Below, in pieces: positions 21,128 through 33,474 of a stretch of 64,000 nucleotides of DNA. The stretch comes from an uncultured delta proteobacterium (lineage in GTDB: Bacteria; Desulfobacterota; Desulfomonilia; Desulfomonilales; Desulfomonilaceae), in the NCBI GenBank assembly GCA_963789265.1, contig CAWBKB010000003.1, positions 1 through 64,000 of the forward strand, in the 5' to 3' direction. The notes below the pieces were generated by a model. That model did not search any database. It was not told where the DNA came from and saw nothing but the letters and a program-made list of their open reading frames with translations. A program made the position numbers and the translations under genes. Position 1 is the first letter of the stretch. The number at the start of each line of letters is the position of its first letter.

Positions 21128-22192
21128 TCAGAGAGATTGGAGGCCGGGCCAGTACCCTTGGTGAATAGCCAATACGTCTCTCAACCTGGCCTTGAAGGTT
21201 GGACTTAATTCCTCGATGGAAGGCTGCCCGGGCATGGTTTCCTTGCCGGGATCGTAGGAGGACAGGGCAGCTAAGACCAGTTCTACGGAATTGCGCAAGG
21301 CAGAGAGGTTGTAGCCGCCTTCCAGGGTGAGAATCACGCGCTCAGACGAGTATTTTTTCGCCAAGTGCATGAGTATCTTCACCATATTTTGGTACCCTTG
21401 TTCGGTGAGGTTCATGCCGCCCAGCGGATCGCTCTCATGAGCATCGAAACCTGCCGACACCAGAATCAGTTCAGGCTGGTAAGCCTCGATAATCGGCGTG
21501 ATCACGACATGAAATACTGTTAAGTAGTCGGCATCATTGGCCCCGGCGGACATGGGAACATTCACGGTGTACCCCTCTCCCTTGCCGTGCCCTACGTCTC
21601 TTATGCCTCCCGTACCCGGATAGTGGGGGAACTGATGGGTTGATACAAACAGAACCCGAGGTTCTTCATAGAAACAATCTTGCGTCCCGTTTCCATGATG
21701 GAGGTCCCAATCAACAATAGCGATTCTCTCCATGCCGTATTTGTCAATGGCATAACGCGCCGCAAGCGCTATGTTGTTAAAGAGACAGAACCCCATGGCC
21801 CTACGCCTTTCCGCGTGATGGCCGGGAGGCCTCACAAGCGCAAAGCCGTTGCGAAGCTGTCCCTGGACAACGGCATCCACCAGATTAAAAAGCCCTCCCA
21901 CTGCACGGGACGCCGCGTTCCAGGAATGGGCGCAGGCCGAAGTGTCGGGGTCCAGAAAAGTGTTGTCACAGCCCGCCGTGGCGGCGATCTTGCCAACATA
22001 ACGTGAGTCGTGGGCGGCGCCGATTTCCTCCAGCGTAGCCGGTCTGATGGGGACTTCGACCAGGTTGAGAGCGGGGCCGACTTCGTCGATCATTTGATAA
22101 ATGACTTCAAGACGCTCCGGGCTCTCAGGATGGTAACTACCCATATCGTGCAAGAGGTAAGCAGGATCTCTGACTATTCCGGTCGGTTTCAT
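21128..22192 (-). CDS. Histone deacetylase family (AcuC/AphA) protein
   Basis: HPESPER, RPPGHHA, GFC, DWDLHHGNGTQ, SAGFDAH and LEGGY. Confidence 0.95.
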   Translation of the reverse strand: MKPTGIVRDPAYLLHDMGSYHPESPERLEVIYQMIDEVGPALNLVEVPIRPATLEEIGAAHDSRYVGKIAATAGCDNTFLDPDTSACAHSWNAASRAVGGLFNLVDAVVQGQLRNGFALVRPPGHHAERRRAMGFCLFNNIALAARYAIDKYGMERIAIVDWDLHHGNGTQDCFYEEPRVLFVSTHQFPHYPGTGGIRDVGHGKGEGYTVNVPMSAGANDADYLTVFHVVITPIIEAYQPELILVSAGFDAHESDPLGGMNLTEQGYQNMVKILMHLAKKYSSERVILTLEGGYNLSALRNSVELVLAALSSYDPGKETMPGQPSIEELSPTFKARLRDVLAIHQGYWPGLQSL

Positions 22193-22444
22193 GTTTTGTG
22201 CTGTCTTCTGCCTGAGGTATATCAAGACGAAAATTTACAATCGCTCTGTGTAAGCTTCTTTTGAAAATTAGCATTCCGCTGGTGCCCAGTCAATGGCTTT
22301 GAGCGGTTTCGGCATAACCGAAAATCAAGATCCGAATATTCTTTTCTTGTTGCTGAACGTGACGTATGTTCGGCATATTGGAGAATCTCCGCGACCCTTT
22401 CCGGGGCCGACAGGCAATTCCGGAATTTCAGTCACAATAGGAGG

Positions 22445-23221
22445 ATGTCAATGCTCCTTGCCATAGATGTGGGAAATACGAACACGGTTATCGGGATTTA
22501 TGATGGAACAAAGCGAATCGCTTTTTGGAGAATTCGCACCGTAGAAGATGCCACCGCGGATGAATTTCGGATGATGCTGCAAAGCCTTGCGGCAACCGAG
22601 GAACTCAAATCGCTGCAACTCAACGGAATAATAATTTCATGCGTTGTTCCTCCTTTAATAGGGGCACTCGAAGAATTGTGCAGGGATTTTCTCAAAGTGC
22701 CCCCCCTCTTTGTGGGACCGGGAATCAAGTCCGGTATGCCCATAAGATATGACAATCCCAAGGAAGTAGGGGCCGACCGCATCGTGAACACGGTGGCCGC
22801 GTATGAAAAGTACGGGGGCCATCTCATCGCAGTGGATTTCGGGACGGCCACGACGTTCGATTATGTTAACAAGGCTGGAGAATACGAGGGCGGCTCCATA
22901 GCGCCCGGTGTCAAAATCGCGGCGGAAGCACTGTTTCATCAGGCATCGAAGCTGTTTCGAGTCGAACTTGTGGCACCACCGCGGGTAATAGCGAAAGACA
23001 CGGCATCTGCCATTCAGTCGGGAATTGTCTTCGGTTACGCGTCGCTGGTGGATGGGATCTTGATGAGAATGTTCAATGAACTGGGATCAAGGCCGAAAGT
23101 GATAGCGACAGGGGGGCTCGCTAAGGTCATCTGTGCGGAGACAACCCTCGTGGATGAGATTGATGATGACTTGACCATGGAAGGGTTACGCATCCTGTAC
23201 CAGCGGAAACCGGCCTCCTAA
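22445..23221 (+). CDS. coaX: Type III pantothenate kinase
   Basis: IDVGNT, GADR, DFGTATT and ATGG motifs. Confidence 0.96.
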   Translation: MSMLLAIDVGNTNTVIGIYDGTKRIAFWRIRTVEDATADEFRMMLQSLAATEELKSLQLNGIIISCVVPPLIGALEELCRDFLKVPPLFVGPGIKSGMPIRYDNPKEVGADRIVNTVAAYEKYGGHLIAVDFGTATTFDYVNKAGEYEGGSIAPGVKIAAEALFHQASKLFRVELVAPPRVIAKDTASAIQSGIVFGYASLVDGILMRMFNELGSRPKVIATGGLAKVICAETTLVDEIDDDLTMEGLRILYQRKPAS

Positions 23222-23477
23222 GAGGGCCTGATCTGAAGAAGGGCAAGCCCTTGCCGAGAACATTGAAACTTTTGGTGACGACAAATGTCGAAGCTGTAAA
23301 AAGAGTTTGCCGAGCGAGAATTCCTAAGATTGGTCGGTAAATAGTAAGTAGATGCTGTTTGGTGGGCTCTTCCCGTGATCGCTTGGTAGTCTTCTCACCG
23401 AAACAGTCGGGGACGGCCATTAGGGTCTGGCTGAAGAGGCGGCTCGAACAACTGAATTGTGCACATGGAGGTGAGTC

Positions 23478-23760
23478 ATGAGAAAAGCGTTGATTATCGG
23501 TGCATTGGTACTTTCCGTCGTTGCCCTGACCGCGGCTGTGCCGTCCAGTAGCTCGGCGTGCTTCGGCGGATATGGAGCAGGCTACTACGGTGGATACGGT
23601 GGATACGGTGGATACGGTGGATGCGGATGGGGCTACTCTGGGTACCCGGCGTATTATGGGTACTCTGGCTATGGCTACCCGGGCTACTGGGGCGGATACT
23701 ATGGCCGAGGTTGGAGAGGAGGCTGGGGCCGGGGTTTCAGGGCAGGTCGCCGGGTACTAG
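23478..23760 (+). CDS. Secreted Gly/Tyr-rich low-complexity protein
   Basis: GGAGG RBS, signal peptide and GGYGGY repeats (GGTGGATAC tandem). Probably ends at TAG 23758-23760 if one G is an error; otherwise it extends to 23990. Confidence 0.75.
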
Positions 23761-24144
23761 CAAGGATTAGAGCCGTGACGGCATGCCACGAACTTAGCGG
23801 TTTAGCATGGGCGTGCGGTTCCGGCGCGGAAAAATCTAATTTTCAGGGGAAGAGGTTCGCTGCAAGTGACAGCGGGTTAAGACTACCTTTTAGATCAAAG
23901 TATTCATCCGGCGCACGGACGGGTTTCGGCGGCGCTTTTCGACAAGCGGCACATGCGGCGCTGGAAAGTTGGTGGCGTGCCACACACTGAAATGTAACCA
24001 TAATCTTGACAGCCCCCTGCAAGCTGCGATCCCGCTGAAGAAGCCGAGCAAGATATTGGTCCATTCGGCTGTCCTAATCCATAGAATTCGAAAAGTTGAG
24101 AACGCCGGCGGTCCTTGCCGTCGTTCTCTGCTTACGTGGAAATC

Positions 24145-24191
24145 GTAGGGGCGAATGGCATTCGCCTGGGGCGATCGCCGGTCGCCCCTAC
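24145..24191. repeat. GTAG-type REP doublet
   Basis: GTAGGGGCGAATGGCATTCGCC-T-GGGGCGATCGCCGGTCGCCCCTAC. Confidence 0.7.
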
Positions 24192-24552
24192 CCTGCCCGA
24201 ATCGGAATCCGGGGCAACCCCGCGTTCCGCCGGGCAAATTGTGAATAGAAATTCGGCGATGGCTATAAGTAGTGTGGGGAAATGACGCTCTCGGGCTGGA
24301 TGTGCAGGGAAGAGGACATTTTGATTGCTCGGGCGGCCTCCCACCCATAATCCGCTTGAAATGGCTTGCCCTTGCTCTTATCGAATGAATGACTAAGCTA
24401 GAAGCAGAACCCCTGACGCTCCTCCCCCCGGTGCGAAGGGGGCTCGAACCTCCGGGATGAAGCGATGGGGTCCCGGAGGTTTTGGTTCTTGGGGGCAAAT
24501 TCCGGCCGTAGGGGCTGAGAAGGGATTGTTGCGAAATTAGGTTTCGAAGAAA

Positions 24553-24581
24553 GTAGGGGCAGGTTTCGAACCTGCCCCTAC
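24553..24581 (-). terminator. Hairpin downstream of fhs (GTAG-REP-like, likely terminator)
   Basis: GTAGGGGCAGGT-TTCGA-ACCTGCCCCTAC, followed by a T-rich tail on the minus strand. Confidence 0.7.
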
Positions 24582-24626
24582 CGTAACATCGGCATGAGAC
24601 GTGACTTAGCGAATCCGCCAGAGGTA

Positions 24627-26391
24627 CTAGAATACGCCCTTTACCTTGCCGGTATCAACATCCACGTCAACGCGACGGTATGCGGGGTTCGAGCTTGTTC
24701 CGGGCATCAATGATATTGCCCCGGCAACCGGCACAACAAATCCTGCCCCTTTGTACGTAAGAATGTCCCGTATGGGCAAGGTCCAACCCTTGGGCGTACC
24801 CTTGATGTTGGGATCATGGGAAAGGCTCAGGTGGGTCTTAACCATGCAGGTACCAAGCTTGGTCAATTCCGGATCGGATTCCATCCTTTTGGCTTTGGCC
24901 TCTGCTTCGGCGGTGTAACTGACCCCGTCGGCACCGTAGACTACTTTCGCTATCAGCTCGATCCTCTGCCGCAACGGGAGGCTCAGGTCATAGAGGAGCT
25001 TGAATTCGTTCTTCTCCTCGCAGGCCTCAACCACCGCGTCCGCGAACTCTAGAGCTCCGTCGCCACCTTTGAGCCAGTGCTGGGATATCGCAGCTCTGGC
25101 GCCCGCAGCCTCGGACAAACGCTTGACCACGGCGATCTCGTCTTTGGTGTCGGTGTAAAAGGAGTTTATGCAGACAACCGGGTTGATTCCGGCCCTTTTC
25201 ACCGTTTCGATATGGTGTACGAGGTTTTTGCACCCTTCTTCGACCCAGCCGACGTTTTCGCCTTCATATTCCTTTGGCATAGGCAAGCCGGGTCTGGGCA
25301 CCGGGGCTCCTCCGTGACACTTCAGAGCACGGATTGTGGCCACCACCACCGCGCAGTTTGGTACTAGGCCCGAAAAGCGGCACTTGAGGTTCCAGAACTT
25401 CTCGAAACCGATATCCGCGCCGAATCCCGATTCTGTTACGTGATAGTCTGACAGTTTGAGCCCGATTCTATCCGCAATGATGGAGGACTGGCCGATGGCA
25501 ATATTGGCAAACGGGCCGGCATGCACAAAAACAGGCTGACCTTCGAGGCTCTGCAGAAGATTGGGATTCTGGGCATCCACCATCCAAGCAGTCATCGCAC
25601 CCGCGACCTCCAGGTCTTCGGTAGTGACCGGCTTACCTTTTTTGTTGTAGGCAACCACTATGCGCCCCATACGTTCACGCATGTCCTTCAAATCGGTTGC
25701 CATAGCCAGTATTGCCATGATCTCGGAGGAGACGGCGATTCCGAAGGACGAGCGCATCATGAAGCCGTCCATCTTCCCGCCCTAGGCCGATGATAATGTT
25801 TCTCAGAGCCTGGGCGCAGAAATCGATTATCCAGCCGAATTCCACATTGCGGGGGTCGATGTCGAGCCTCGGTTGGCCCCGCTTTGCCCACTCCTCATCA
25901 TCGTAATTAAACTCGTGCTGCATGCCGCGAAGTAAGGGCCACCATAGCCAGGTTGTGAGCATTCATGATTGCATTGATGTCGCCGGTGAGGCCGGAGAAA
26001 CGGAGTAAGCGGGACACATTGGGATAGACCGCCGCCTGCGGCAGACCCTTTGATGTTCATGGTCGGGCCGCCGGACGGCTGACGGATAGCCGCGCTCACA
26101 CTCTTGCCGCGTTTTCCCAGAACCTTCAACCAACCCCATGCTACTTGTGGATTTGCCTTCGCCCAGAGGTGTGGGGGTTATCGCGGTGACATCAATGTAT
26201 TTTCCGTTGGGTCTGTCGGCCAGGCGCTTGAGGACTTTTTTGAAATCGACTTTTGCCACGTAGTGGCCGTGAGGGAGAAGTTCTTCTTCCTTCAAGCCTA
26301 ATTCATCCCTCAACTGATAGACCGTTTTCATGGTCTTTTCGGCCTCTTCGGCTATCTGCCAATCGGCCATCTTAGTCGGGTCCAGAGCCAT
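24627..26391 (-). CDS. fhs: Formate--tetrahydrofolate ligase with several frameshifts
   Basis: [49 protein letters not shown] and MPG motifs over four overlapping ORFs. Confidence 0.95.
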
Positions 26392-26621
26392 CTATACCTC
26401 CTGTGCAACTATTCGCGTGCAGGTTTCCCTGCTTTGATCCGCCATTCGAGTGGATGAGTTCACAGACATCCGGTGGGAGTACAACTTTTAATTTTAGTTC
26501 AAATTACCGCATGTTGCAACAAAAAAAAGATTGACACTCAGTAACCATTCCTTTCGTGGGGCAGTCCCACGAGGCGCGGGACTGCCTGCTTTTTCTTAAC
26601 TTGGCCGACGGCAGGCTGGAA

Positions 26622-26831
26622 GAGACTGTCTCAAAACTAATTTGATGCCCAGAATCGTGCCACAATTAAGCCTGGTCAGCATTTTCGGTGCCCTCACCCC
26701 AGCCCTCTCCCAGAGGGAGAGGGAGCTGATCCAAGGTCTCTATTAGCGTCCCCTCGCCCTTTGGGAGAGGGTCACGGTGAGGGAATCTCGTGTTACGATT
26801 GCGTCCAGTTCAAGAGTTTTGAGACACTTTC
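26622..26831 (+). mobile_element. MITE copy 2
   Basis: TIRs GAGACTGTCTCAAAACT ... AGTTTTGAGACACTTTC around the same internal palindrome. Confidence 0.85.
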
Positions 26832-26859
26832 GGAAAGCCTGCCCCACAGGTTTAAGGAC

Positions 26860-27669
26860 TCAGGCCCCTCGAAGAAACGTCGCTGCATTTTTGAATATTG
26901 CCAGGCCTTGTCCTTCTTCCGGCAGCTCTTCTCGGGTCCATCGAGGATGGTTGGTCCGGTGCAGAAAACACTCCGGATGGGGCATCAGACCAAATACTCG
27001 ACCCGTGGGATCGCAAAGTCCTGCAATAGAATTTTCAGAACCGTTAGGATTGTACGGGTAAATCATCGTCGGCTCGTTGGCGTCCGCAAGCGCGTACCTC
27101 ACCGGAGCCTGATGCGATTCCAAGAGGGTCGCAGTAAGGTCCGGACGGCGTCCCACTATCTTCCCTTCCCCATGACGTACAGGCAGGTACAGCCGCTGAA
27201 TGCCTCGGGTGAAGATACAAGGGGATTCCTGATCGACCATTAGATAAACCCAGCGGTCTTCAAACCGGCCCCGGTCGTTGCCCGTCAGGCTCAAATCCCG
27301 CCTGGTATAGTCACCATTTGCTGCTGGAAGCATGCCCAACTTCGTCAAGAGCTGAAAGCCGTTGCAGATGCCCAGAATGAGTCCGCCAATTTCCACGAAC
27401 TTGATCAGTCGATCAATCAGCCTTTCACCTTTGACCAGAGAATTCCTGATACGGTTGGCACAAGCCTGCGCGGCTCCAAGGTCGTCACCATCCAAAAAAC
27501 CACCCGGGAAAACGATGATTTGATACGTGAGAGGATCGACTTCCCCTTTGGCAAGAAGATTGAGATGGACAAGGTCTACCACGTCAAATTTGGCCAGCTC
27601 CAGCGCACGGCGAGTTTCGTTCTCGCAGTTGATACCGTGACCGGTTGGAACCAGCGCTCTTAATATCAT
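26860..27669 (-). CDS. purQ: Phosphoribosylformylglycinamidine synthase glutaminase subunit
   Basis: GINCE, PGGF, GICNGFQ, HGEG, NPNGS and MPHPE. Confidence 0.95.
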   Translation of the reverse strand: MILRALVPTGHGINCENETRRALELAKFDVVDLVHLNLLAKGEVDPLTYQIIVFPGGFLDGDDLGAAQACANRIRNSLVKGERLIDRLIKFVEIGGLILGICNGFQLLTKLGMLPAANGDYTRRDLSLTGNDRGRFEDRWVYLMVDQESPCIFTRGIQRLYLPVRHGEGKIVGRRPDLTATLLESHQAPVRYALADANEPTMIYPYNPNGSENSIAGLCDPTGRVFGLMPHPECFLHRTNHPRWTREELPEEGQGLAIFKNAATFLRGA

Positions 27670-27853
27670 GTCAGTTATCTCGCTCGCCGATCGGTCGCCG
27701 CGTAAGCATGAAATCCTGCGGTGACACTTCGTGAGCCTGTCTTTCCGCCGAAAACTTGTCTTACAGCCGTACGCCCGCCGGTTCGTGCCGTTTCAGATCT
27801 TCCGCATTGCTCGGAAGCAGGCGGTTCGATTAATTTCCCAGCGCATAGCGCTC

Positions 27854-29300
27854 TCAAAAAAGCGGCTTTACCGATTCCGTCGCTAAATTGAGATAAGTTG
27901 TCGGGAAGATCCCTATGTAGAGCACAACAGTCGTCGCAACGGTTAGCGCAAGGACCATGGCCGGGCCGAACTGAAGCTTTGTAGGTGCGGTCTCGGGGGA
28001 TTCCATGTACATTTTCATGATCACTCTAAAATAGTAGAACACCGACACGGCACTTGTGAGCACACCTATGATAACGAGCCATATATATCCGGAATTTATC
28101 GCGGCGCCGAAGATGGTGAATTTCGCAACAAATCCTGCCGTGGGGGGGATACCGGCCAAAGAAAAGAGAAAGATCGACATGACCAGCGCCAGCAGTGGAT
28201 GGACTTTTGCCAAGCCCGCGGTAATCCTCGATCATGACATTGGCCTCGCCTTTTCTGCCGACCAAAGCCACTACTCCGAAAGCTCCCACGTTGGTGAAAG
28301 TGTACACCAACAGGTAATAGAGCATGCCTGCTGTTCCGGCCACTGTTCCAGCCACCATTCCGACGAGGATATAGCCTGCGTGGGCAATACTCGAATAAGC
28401 GAGCATCCTTTTGATGTTTTCCTGCATAAGTGCCGCTACGTTGCCAAGAATCATTGTCAGCACTGCAAGAGCCCAGAGTATGTGCGTCCAGTCGACTTGC
28501 AAGGCGCTCAGCGATTCAAAGAATACTCGCGCGAATGCTGCAAACGCAGCAGCCTTGACTCCCACGGACATGAACCCCGTGAAAGGAGTGGGCGCGCCCT
28601 CATACACGTCGGGTGTCCACATGTGGAAGGGGACCGCAGCCACCTTGAAGGCAAAACCGACCAGCAAAAGGCCCATGCCGACAACGGCCATCCGGCTGAT
28701 CTGGCCGGAGTGAAAATACTTCATGAGAGCCGGTAAACTCAGAGACCCTGCGGCGCCGTACATCAAGGCGGCGCCATAAAGGAAGATAGCACTGGAAAAT
28801 GCTCCCAATACTATATACTTGAGGGCCGCTTCTTTGGACTTCAAATTCACGGGCAAAATTCCGGACAATATGTAAATGGAGATGGACAGGGTCTCCAAAC
28901 CCACGAATATGGTGAGGATGTGGTTTCCCGATACCATAAACATCATGCCTATTGCTGCGAATAGGAGCAGCACAAAGTACTCGTAAAACTCCAGGCCGTC
29001 ATCCGTCAAATAGCGTACAGAAGTCAGAACCGTCAGCCCCGCTGCAATAAGAATGAGGAGGTTGAAGAACCAGGAATATGGGTCCAATGAGATCAATCCT
29101 GAAAAAGCGGGCTTGTTCAACGCTCTCAATGGAGAGTTCGCCACAATTGCTATCAGAATGCCAACCAGGCTTAGGATTGCCGATACTGCGACCACCCCTT
29201 TGCGAAGGTACAATCCCACTATCATAACAACCAGGCCGGCAAGGCCCAAAACAACCGCCGGCAGGATGCCTCCAAGATTAACGTCGGGTATTGACATCAT
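27854..29300 (-). CDS. nuoN: NADH-quinone oxidoreductase subunit N, frameshift near 28215
   Basis: EAALKY, FKVAAVPFHMWTPDVYEGAP, KRMLAYSSIAHAGY and SLAGIPPTAGF. Confidence 0.95.
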
Positions 29301-29325
29301 CCCGATTGCTCCTAGTCCTTCTAAA

Positions 29326-30933
29326 TCAACGATCGAGGCCGCGCGCCTGCGCTGAAGACGTAAGCATGTTTTCAGTGCCGAGGTTCCTCGATGCCATTTT
29401 TGCTTTCTCCATGTCTATGACCGCCGCTTTCTTGTTCTCCACCTGTTGGATGAAGTTCTTCACCGACGGCTCTATAGGCCGGAGAAAGGTGTTGGGGTAA
29501 ATACCGATCCACACCACGAAAACAAGGATGGGTAACAGGACGATAACTTCTCGAGCGCTGAGGTCCTTCAATCCAAGGTTCTTGGGATTGGTGACCTGGC
29601 CGAACATTACTCTCTGGAACATCCAGAGCATATAGACAGCGGCAAATATAACGCCGGACGCTGCAATGACAGCGTACCACGGATGAACCTTAAACGTTCC
29701 CAGAAGAATCAAGAATTCTCCTACAAACCCGTTCAGCCCCGGCAACCCGATGGACGAAAGCGTGAAGATCATGAAAAAGACTGCAAATATGGGCATGACC
29801 TTGGACAGGCCGCCGAATTCCGAAATAATGCGAGTATGCCTTCTTTCATAGATCATTCCGACGATAAGGAACAGGGCGCCTGTGCTCAGCCCGTGGTTTA
29901 TCATCTGGATAATGCTGCCCTCCAAGCCCTGGACGCTCAAAGCAAACATACCGAGCATCACGAACCCGAGGTGGCTCACGCTGGAGAATGCCACAAGCCT
30001 CTTTACGTCAACCTGGACCATTGCGACCCAGGCCCCATAAATGATACCGATCACGGCAAGCAAGGATATCCACCACGTAGCATCCATTGCAGCATTGGGG
30101 AACAGGGGGATAGCAAATCTGATGAAGCCATAAGTTCCCATTTTCAAGAGCACCGCGGCCAGCACCACGCTGCCGACGGTCGGGGCTTCGGTATGCGCAT
30201 CGGGCAACCATGTGTGGAAGGGGAACATGGGGACCTTGATGGCAAAAGCGAGGAAAAAGGCGAGAAACATCCAAAATTGTGCGTGCAGCGGAACGGGAAA
30301 GTCGTAGAGCTTCAGGAGATCGAAAGTGTAAACACCGGTGGCCTTGCCCGCCATGAAATAAAGAGCCAGAATAGCGACAAGCATCAGCAGGCTGCCCACC
30401 ATAGTGTATAGAACAAACTTGATAGCCGCATAGAGCCTTCGGGCGGGGTTTCCCCAGACACCGATCAGGAGGTACATAGGGATCAGCATGACTTCCCAAA
30501 AGACATAAAAGAGAAACAGGTCCAGCGAGACAAACACACCTATCATCCCCACCTGAAGGAACAATAGACTGATCAGAAACTCTTTGACTCTTACCTTTAT
30601 GTCCTTCCAGGACGCCAAGACCACTAGGGGACCCAACAGAGTTGTCAGCAGCACCAAGAAAAGGCTGATTCCGTCTATTCCGATCTTATAGGAAATGCCC
30701 CAGTCGCGGACCCAGACATGTTGCTCGACGAGTTGCATACCAGCCATGGACGGATCGAACAAAGAGTACGCAAAAAGGCTCATCACGAAATCGACGAGCA
30801 TGAAAACCAACGCGACCGATCTGAGAAGTTCGTGGGACTTCCTATTAAGAAATAGCAAGACCAGTACACCCACAAATGGGACGAATGTGATCGAAGTCAG
30901 GATGGGGAAGGAAACTTGCTCCATGAACGACAT
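29326..30933 (-). CDS. nuoM: NADH-quinone oxidoreductase subunit M
   Basis: [34 protein letters not shown] and GFVGEF. Confidence 0.97.
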   Translation of the reverse strand: MSFMEQVSFPILTSITFVPFVGVLVLLFLNRKSHELLRSVALVFMLVDFVMSLFAYSLFDPSMAGMQLVEQHVWVRDWGISYKIGIDGISLFLVLLTTLLGPLVVLASWKDIKVRVKEFLISLLFLQVGMIGVFVSLDLFLFYVFWEVMLIPMYLLIGVWGNPARRLYAAIKFVLYTMVGSLLMLVAILALYFMAGKATGVYTFDLLKLYDFPVPLHAQFWMFLAFFLAFAIKVPMFPFHTWLPDAHTEAPTVGSVVLAAVLLKMGTYGFIRFAIPLFPNAAMDATWWISLLAVIGIIYGAWVAMVQVDVKRLVAFSSVSHLGFVMLGMFALSVQGLEGSIIQMINHGLSTGALFLIVGMIYERRHTRIISEFGGLSKVMPIFAVFFMIFTLSSIGLPGLNGFVGEFLILLGTFKVHPWYAVIAASGVIFAAVYMLWMFQRVMFGQVTNPKNLGLKDLSAREVIVLLPILVFVVWIGIYPNTFLRPIEPSVKNFIQQVENKKAAVIDMEKAKMASRNLGTENMLTSSAQARGLDR

Positions 30934-30944
30934 TCCTCCGTGTC

Positions 30945-32867
30945 CTATCTCAGGACGAGATAACCTATTACCACCACGGCTCCTACGAGAATTGAAAGGG
31001 CGTAATCCTTGACAAGGCCGGTCTCGATCTCCCGTAGATAAGCGCCTCCACCTCGAACTAAGCGAGCCACGCCGTTAACGATTCCGTCAATGACCGCATC
31101 GTCAAAACCTTTCCAAAGCAGCCGTGAAAAGCTCACGATAGAGTTGACGAAGAGGAAATCGTACAACTCGTCTATCCAATACTTGTTGTACACAAGCCTG
31201 TGCAACCCGCTGAAGCGTTTGACCATTCTGTCCGCAAGAGAAGGCTCGATGAGGTACATTCGACGTGCCAGAATAAGGCCGGCTAAGGCTATGGCGAGCG
31301 CCACCCCCATAAGAACTAACTCCATGGTTACAGGGGAGTGCTCCAGATGGTGAGCCCTATTCAGGATTGTCTGGGCCGGGGCAAATACAGGTGCCAGAAA
31401 ATTCCCGAAACGCTGCCCACCTTCCCAGACAGGAACTCCTATGAATCCTCCCACAAGTGATAGAAAGGCCAGGATCATGAGAGGAATCGTCATAATAGGC
31501 GGGGATTCATGCAAATGGTGCGCGGTCTCGGGATCCACCCTCGATTTTCCCCAGAAAGTCATGCACATCGACCGGAACATATAGAAAGAGGTCATCAGGG
31601 CAGCTACAGCCCCAATAATCCAGAAGCCGACATGCCGATGCAGCGAGTAAAGAAGGATTTCGTCTTTGCTGAAGAAACCTGCGAACGGAACGATGCCGGC
31701 TATGGCCAGAGTACCGAAAAGATAAGTCCAGTGCGTGTGCGGCAATTGCCTTCGGAGGCCGCCCATCTTGCGCATATCCAATTCTCCGGACATGGCATGC
31801 ATGACGCTGCCCGCGGCAAGAAACAAGAGGGCTTTGAAGAATGCGTGGGTCATGAGATGAAAGATGCCCGAGGCAAATGCTCCCACGCCGCACGCCATGA
31901 ACATGTATCCCAATTGGCTGATAGTAGAATAGGCCAGCACGCGCTTGATGTCGAATTGAGTCATGCCTATGGTAGCTGCATAGAATGCCGTAGCCCCTCC
32001 GACGATCGCCACTACTGTCATAGAGGTTGGCGCCAGGGCGAACAACACGCTGCAACGAGCCACCATATAGACGCCCGCGGTCACCATGGTTGCAGCATGG
32101 ATTAAGGCACTAACCGGTGTCGGACCTTCCATCGCGTCGGGAAGCCACGTGTACAGAGGTATTTGCGCGGACTTTCCGGTAGCTCCGACGAAGAGCAATA
32201 ATGTGATGAGTGTTGCCAAAGTCCCGCCCGCGGCGAGTTTCTCCGGAGCAGCGGCAAAGACTTGGGTAAAGTTGAAGGTACCGAAAGTTACAAAAATGAG
32301 GAACATTCCAATGAGAAACCCAAAATCTCCTACCCGGTTTACGACAAACGCTTTCTTACCCGCGTCCGAAGCGGACTGCTTCTCATAGTAATAGCCGATC
32401 AAAAGATACGAGCAGAGACCGACCCCTTCCCAGCCCACGAACATCAAGAGGAAGTTGTTGGCAGTCACAAGGATCAGCATATTGAAGACAAAGAGATTCA
32501 GGTAAGCGAAAAAGCGGCGGAAACCTATCTCTCCGTGCATATATCCAATTGAATAGATGTGGATAATGCACCCCACGCCGCTTACCACCATCATCATCAC
32601 CATACTGAGCGGGTCAACGAGAAAACCTATGGGAACGGTCAAATTGCCCGACAACATCCACGTGTACATTATCTTCTGGAACGATCGAGATGCAGGAGGT
32701 GTCCCGAGAAGCTCAAGAAATATCAGCAGAGCCACAACAAAGGAAGCGCCCACCGAAACGGCCCCAATCCAACCTATGGCCTTCTCTGAAAAGCGTTTTC
32801 CTATAAGCCCGTTGATCAGGAATCCCAGCAGAGGAAACGAGGGTATTAGCCAGACCAGATCAGTCAT
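30945..32867 (-). CDS. nuoL: NADH-quinone oxidoreductase subunit L
   Basis: [33 protein letters not shown] and HAFFKALLF. Confidence 0.97.
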   Translation of the reverse strand: MTDLVWLIPSFPLLGFLINGLIGKRFSEKAIGWIGAVSVGASFVVALLIFLELLGTPPASRSFQKIMYTWMLSGNLTVPIGFLVDPLSMVMMMVVSGVGCIIHIYSIGYMHGEIGFRRFFAYLNLFVFNMLILVTANNFLLMFVGWEGVGLCSYLLIGYYYEKQSASDAGKKAFVVNRVGDFGFLIGMFLIFVTFGTFNFTQVFAAAPEKLAAGGTLATLITLLLFVGATGKSAQIPLYTWLPDAMEGPTPVSALIHAATMVTAGVYMVARCSVLFALAPTSMTVVAIVGGATAFYAATIGMTQFDIKRVLAYSTISQLGYMFMACGVGAFASGIFHLMTHAFFKALLFLAAGSVMHAMSGELDMRKMGGLRRQLPHTHWTYLFGTLAIAGIVPFAGFFSKDEILLYSLHRHVGFWIIGAVAALMTSFYMFRSMCMTFWGKSRVDPETAHHLHESPPIMTIPLMILAFLSLVGGFIGVPVWEGGQRFGNFLAPVFAPAQTILNRAHHLEHSPVTMELVLMGVALAIALAGLILARRMYLIEPSLADRMVKRFSGLHRLVYNKYWIDELYDFLFVNSIVSFSRLLWKGFDDAVIDGIVNGVARLVRGGGAYLREIETGLVKDYALSILVGAVVVIGYLVLR

Positions 32868-33111
32868 TCCAAGCTCCCGATTCGCGTTCGACGATAGAAG
32901 GTTCCGCTTTCACGTAAAGCATCTGACACATCAATCCTTAGTACTCAGTTTCTCAAATTCGGTCACGTATGCCGATTTGCCTAATGCCCGTACCGGAACT
33001 CTCTTCCGGTAGAACCGGCCTCCCCGCGTCCCGCGGGGTGCTTATGATTCGCCGGCAGGGACGCCGGCGCTACTGTGTAAGTGGCACCGTACTTGTGAAA
33101 CGCAGCACCGG

Positions 33112-33414
33112 TTACCATTTCATCAAGTTGATGTCATTGACGTCGACGGTTCCTTTCATCCTGAAGATGGCAACGGCAACGGCCAGTCCTACGGCCACCT
33201 CAGCCGCGGCGATAACCATGACAAACAGGACGAATATCTGCCCTTCGATTGAGCCCAGATAATGGGAGAAGGCCACAAACGTCAGGTTGACAGAGTTCAG
33301 CATCAGTTCCAGAGACATCAGAATGATAATCAGATTTCTACGAAACATCACTCCAATGACTCCCAGGCAGAAAAGAATCGCGGACAAAAACAGATAATGT
33401 TGTAAAGTGACCAT
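33112..33414 (-). CDS. nuoK: NADH-quinone oxidoreductase subunit K
   Basis: [21 protein letters not shown]. Confidence 0.96.
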   Translation of the reverse strand: MVTLQHYLFLSAILFCLGVIGVMFRRNLIIILMSLELMLNSVNLTFVAFSHYLGSIEGQIFVLFVMVIAAAEVAVGLAVAVAIFRMKGTVDVNDINLMKW

Positions 33415-33474
33415 TTGAGAATTCCTGAGAAAGATATAGAGTCTGTACCCGAGGACGAGCTTCTTTCAGTCTCT

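Noticed and set aside
24553..24581. tRNA fragment or second att site (TTCGAACC)
   Set aside because: It is a perfect hairpin that does not match the tRNA-Asp or tRNA-Val 3' ends.
26400..26500. THF or ZTP riboswitch upstream of fhs
   Set aside because: Only short hairpins are visible and no consensus motifs are recognised.
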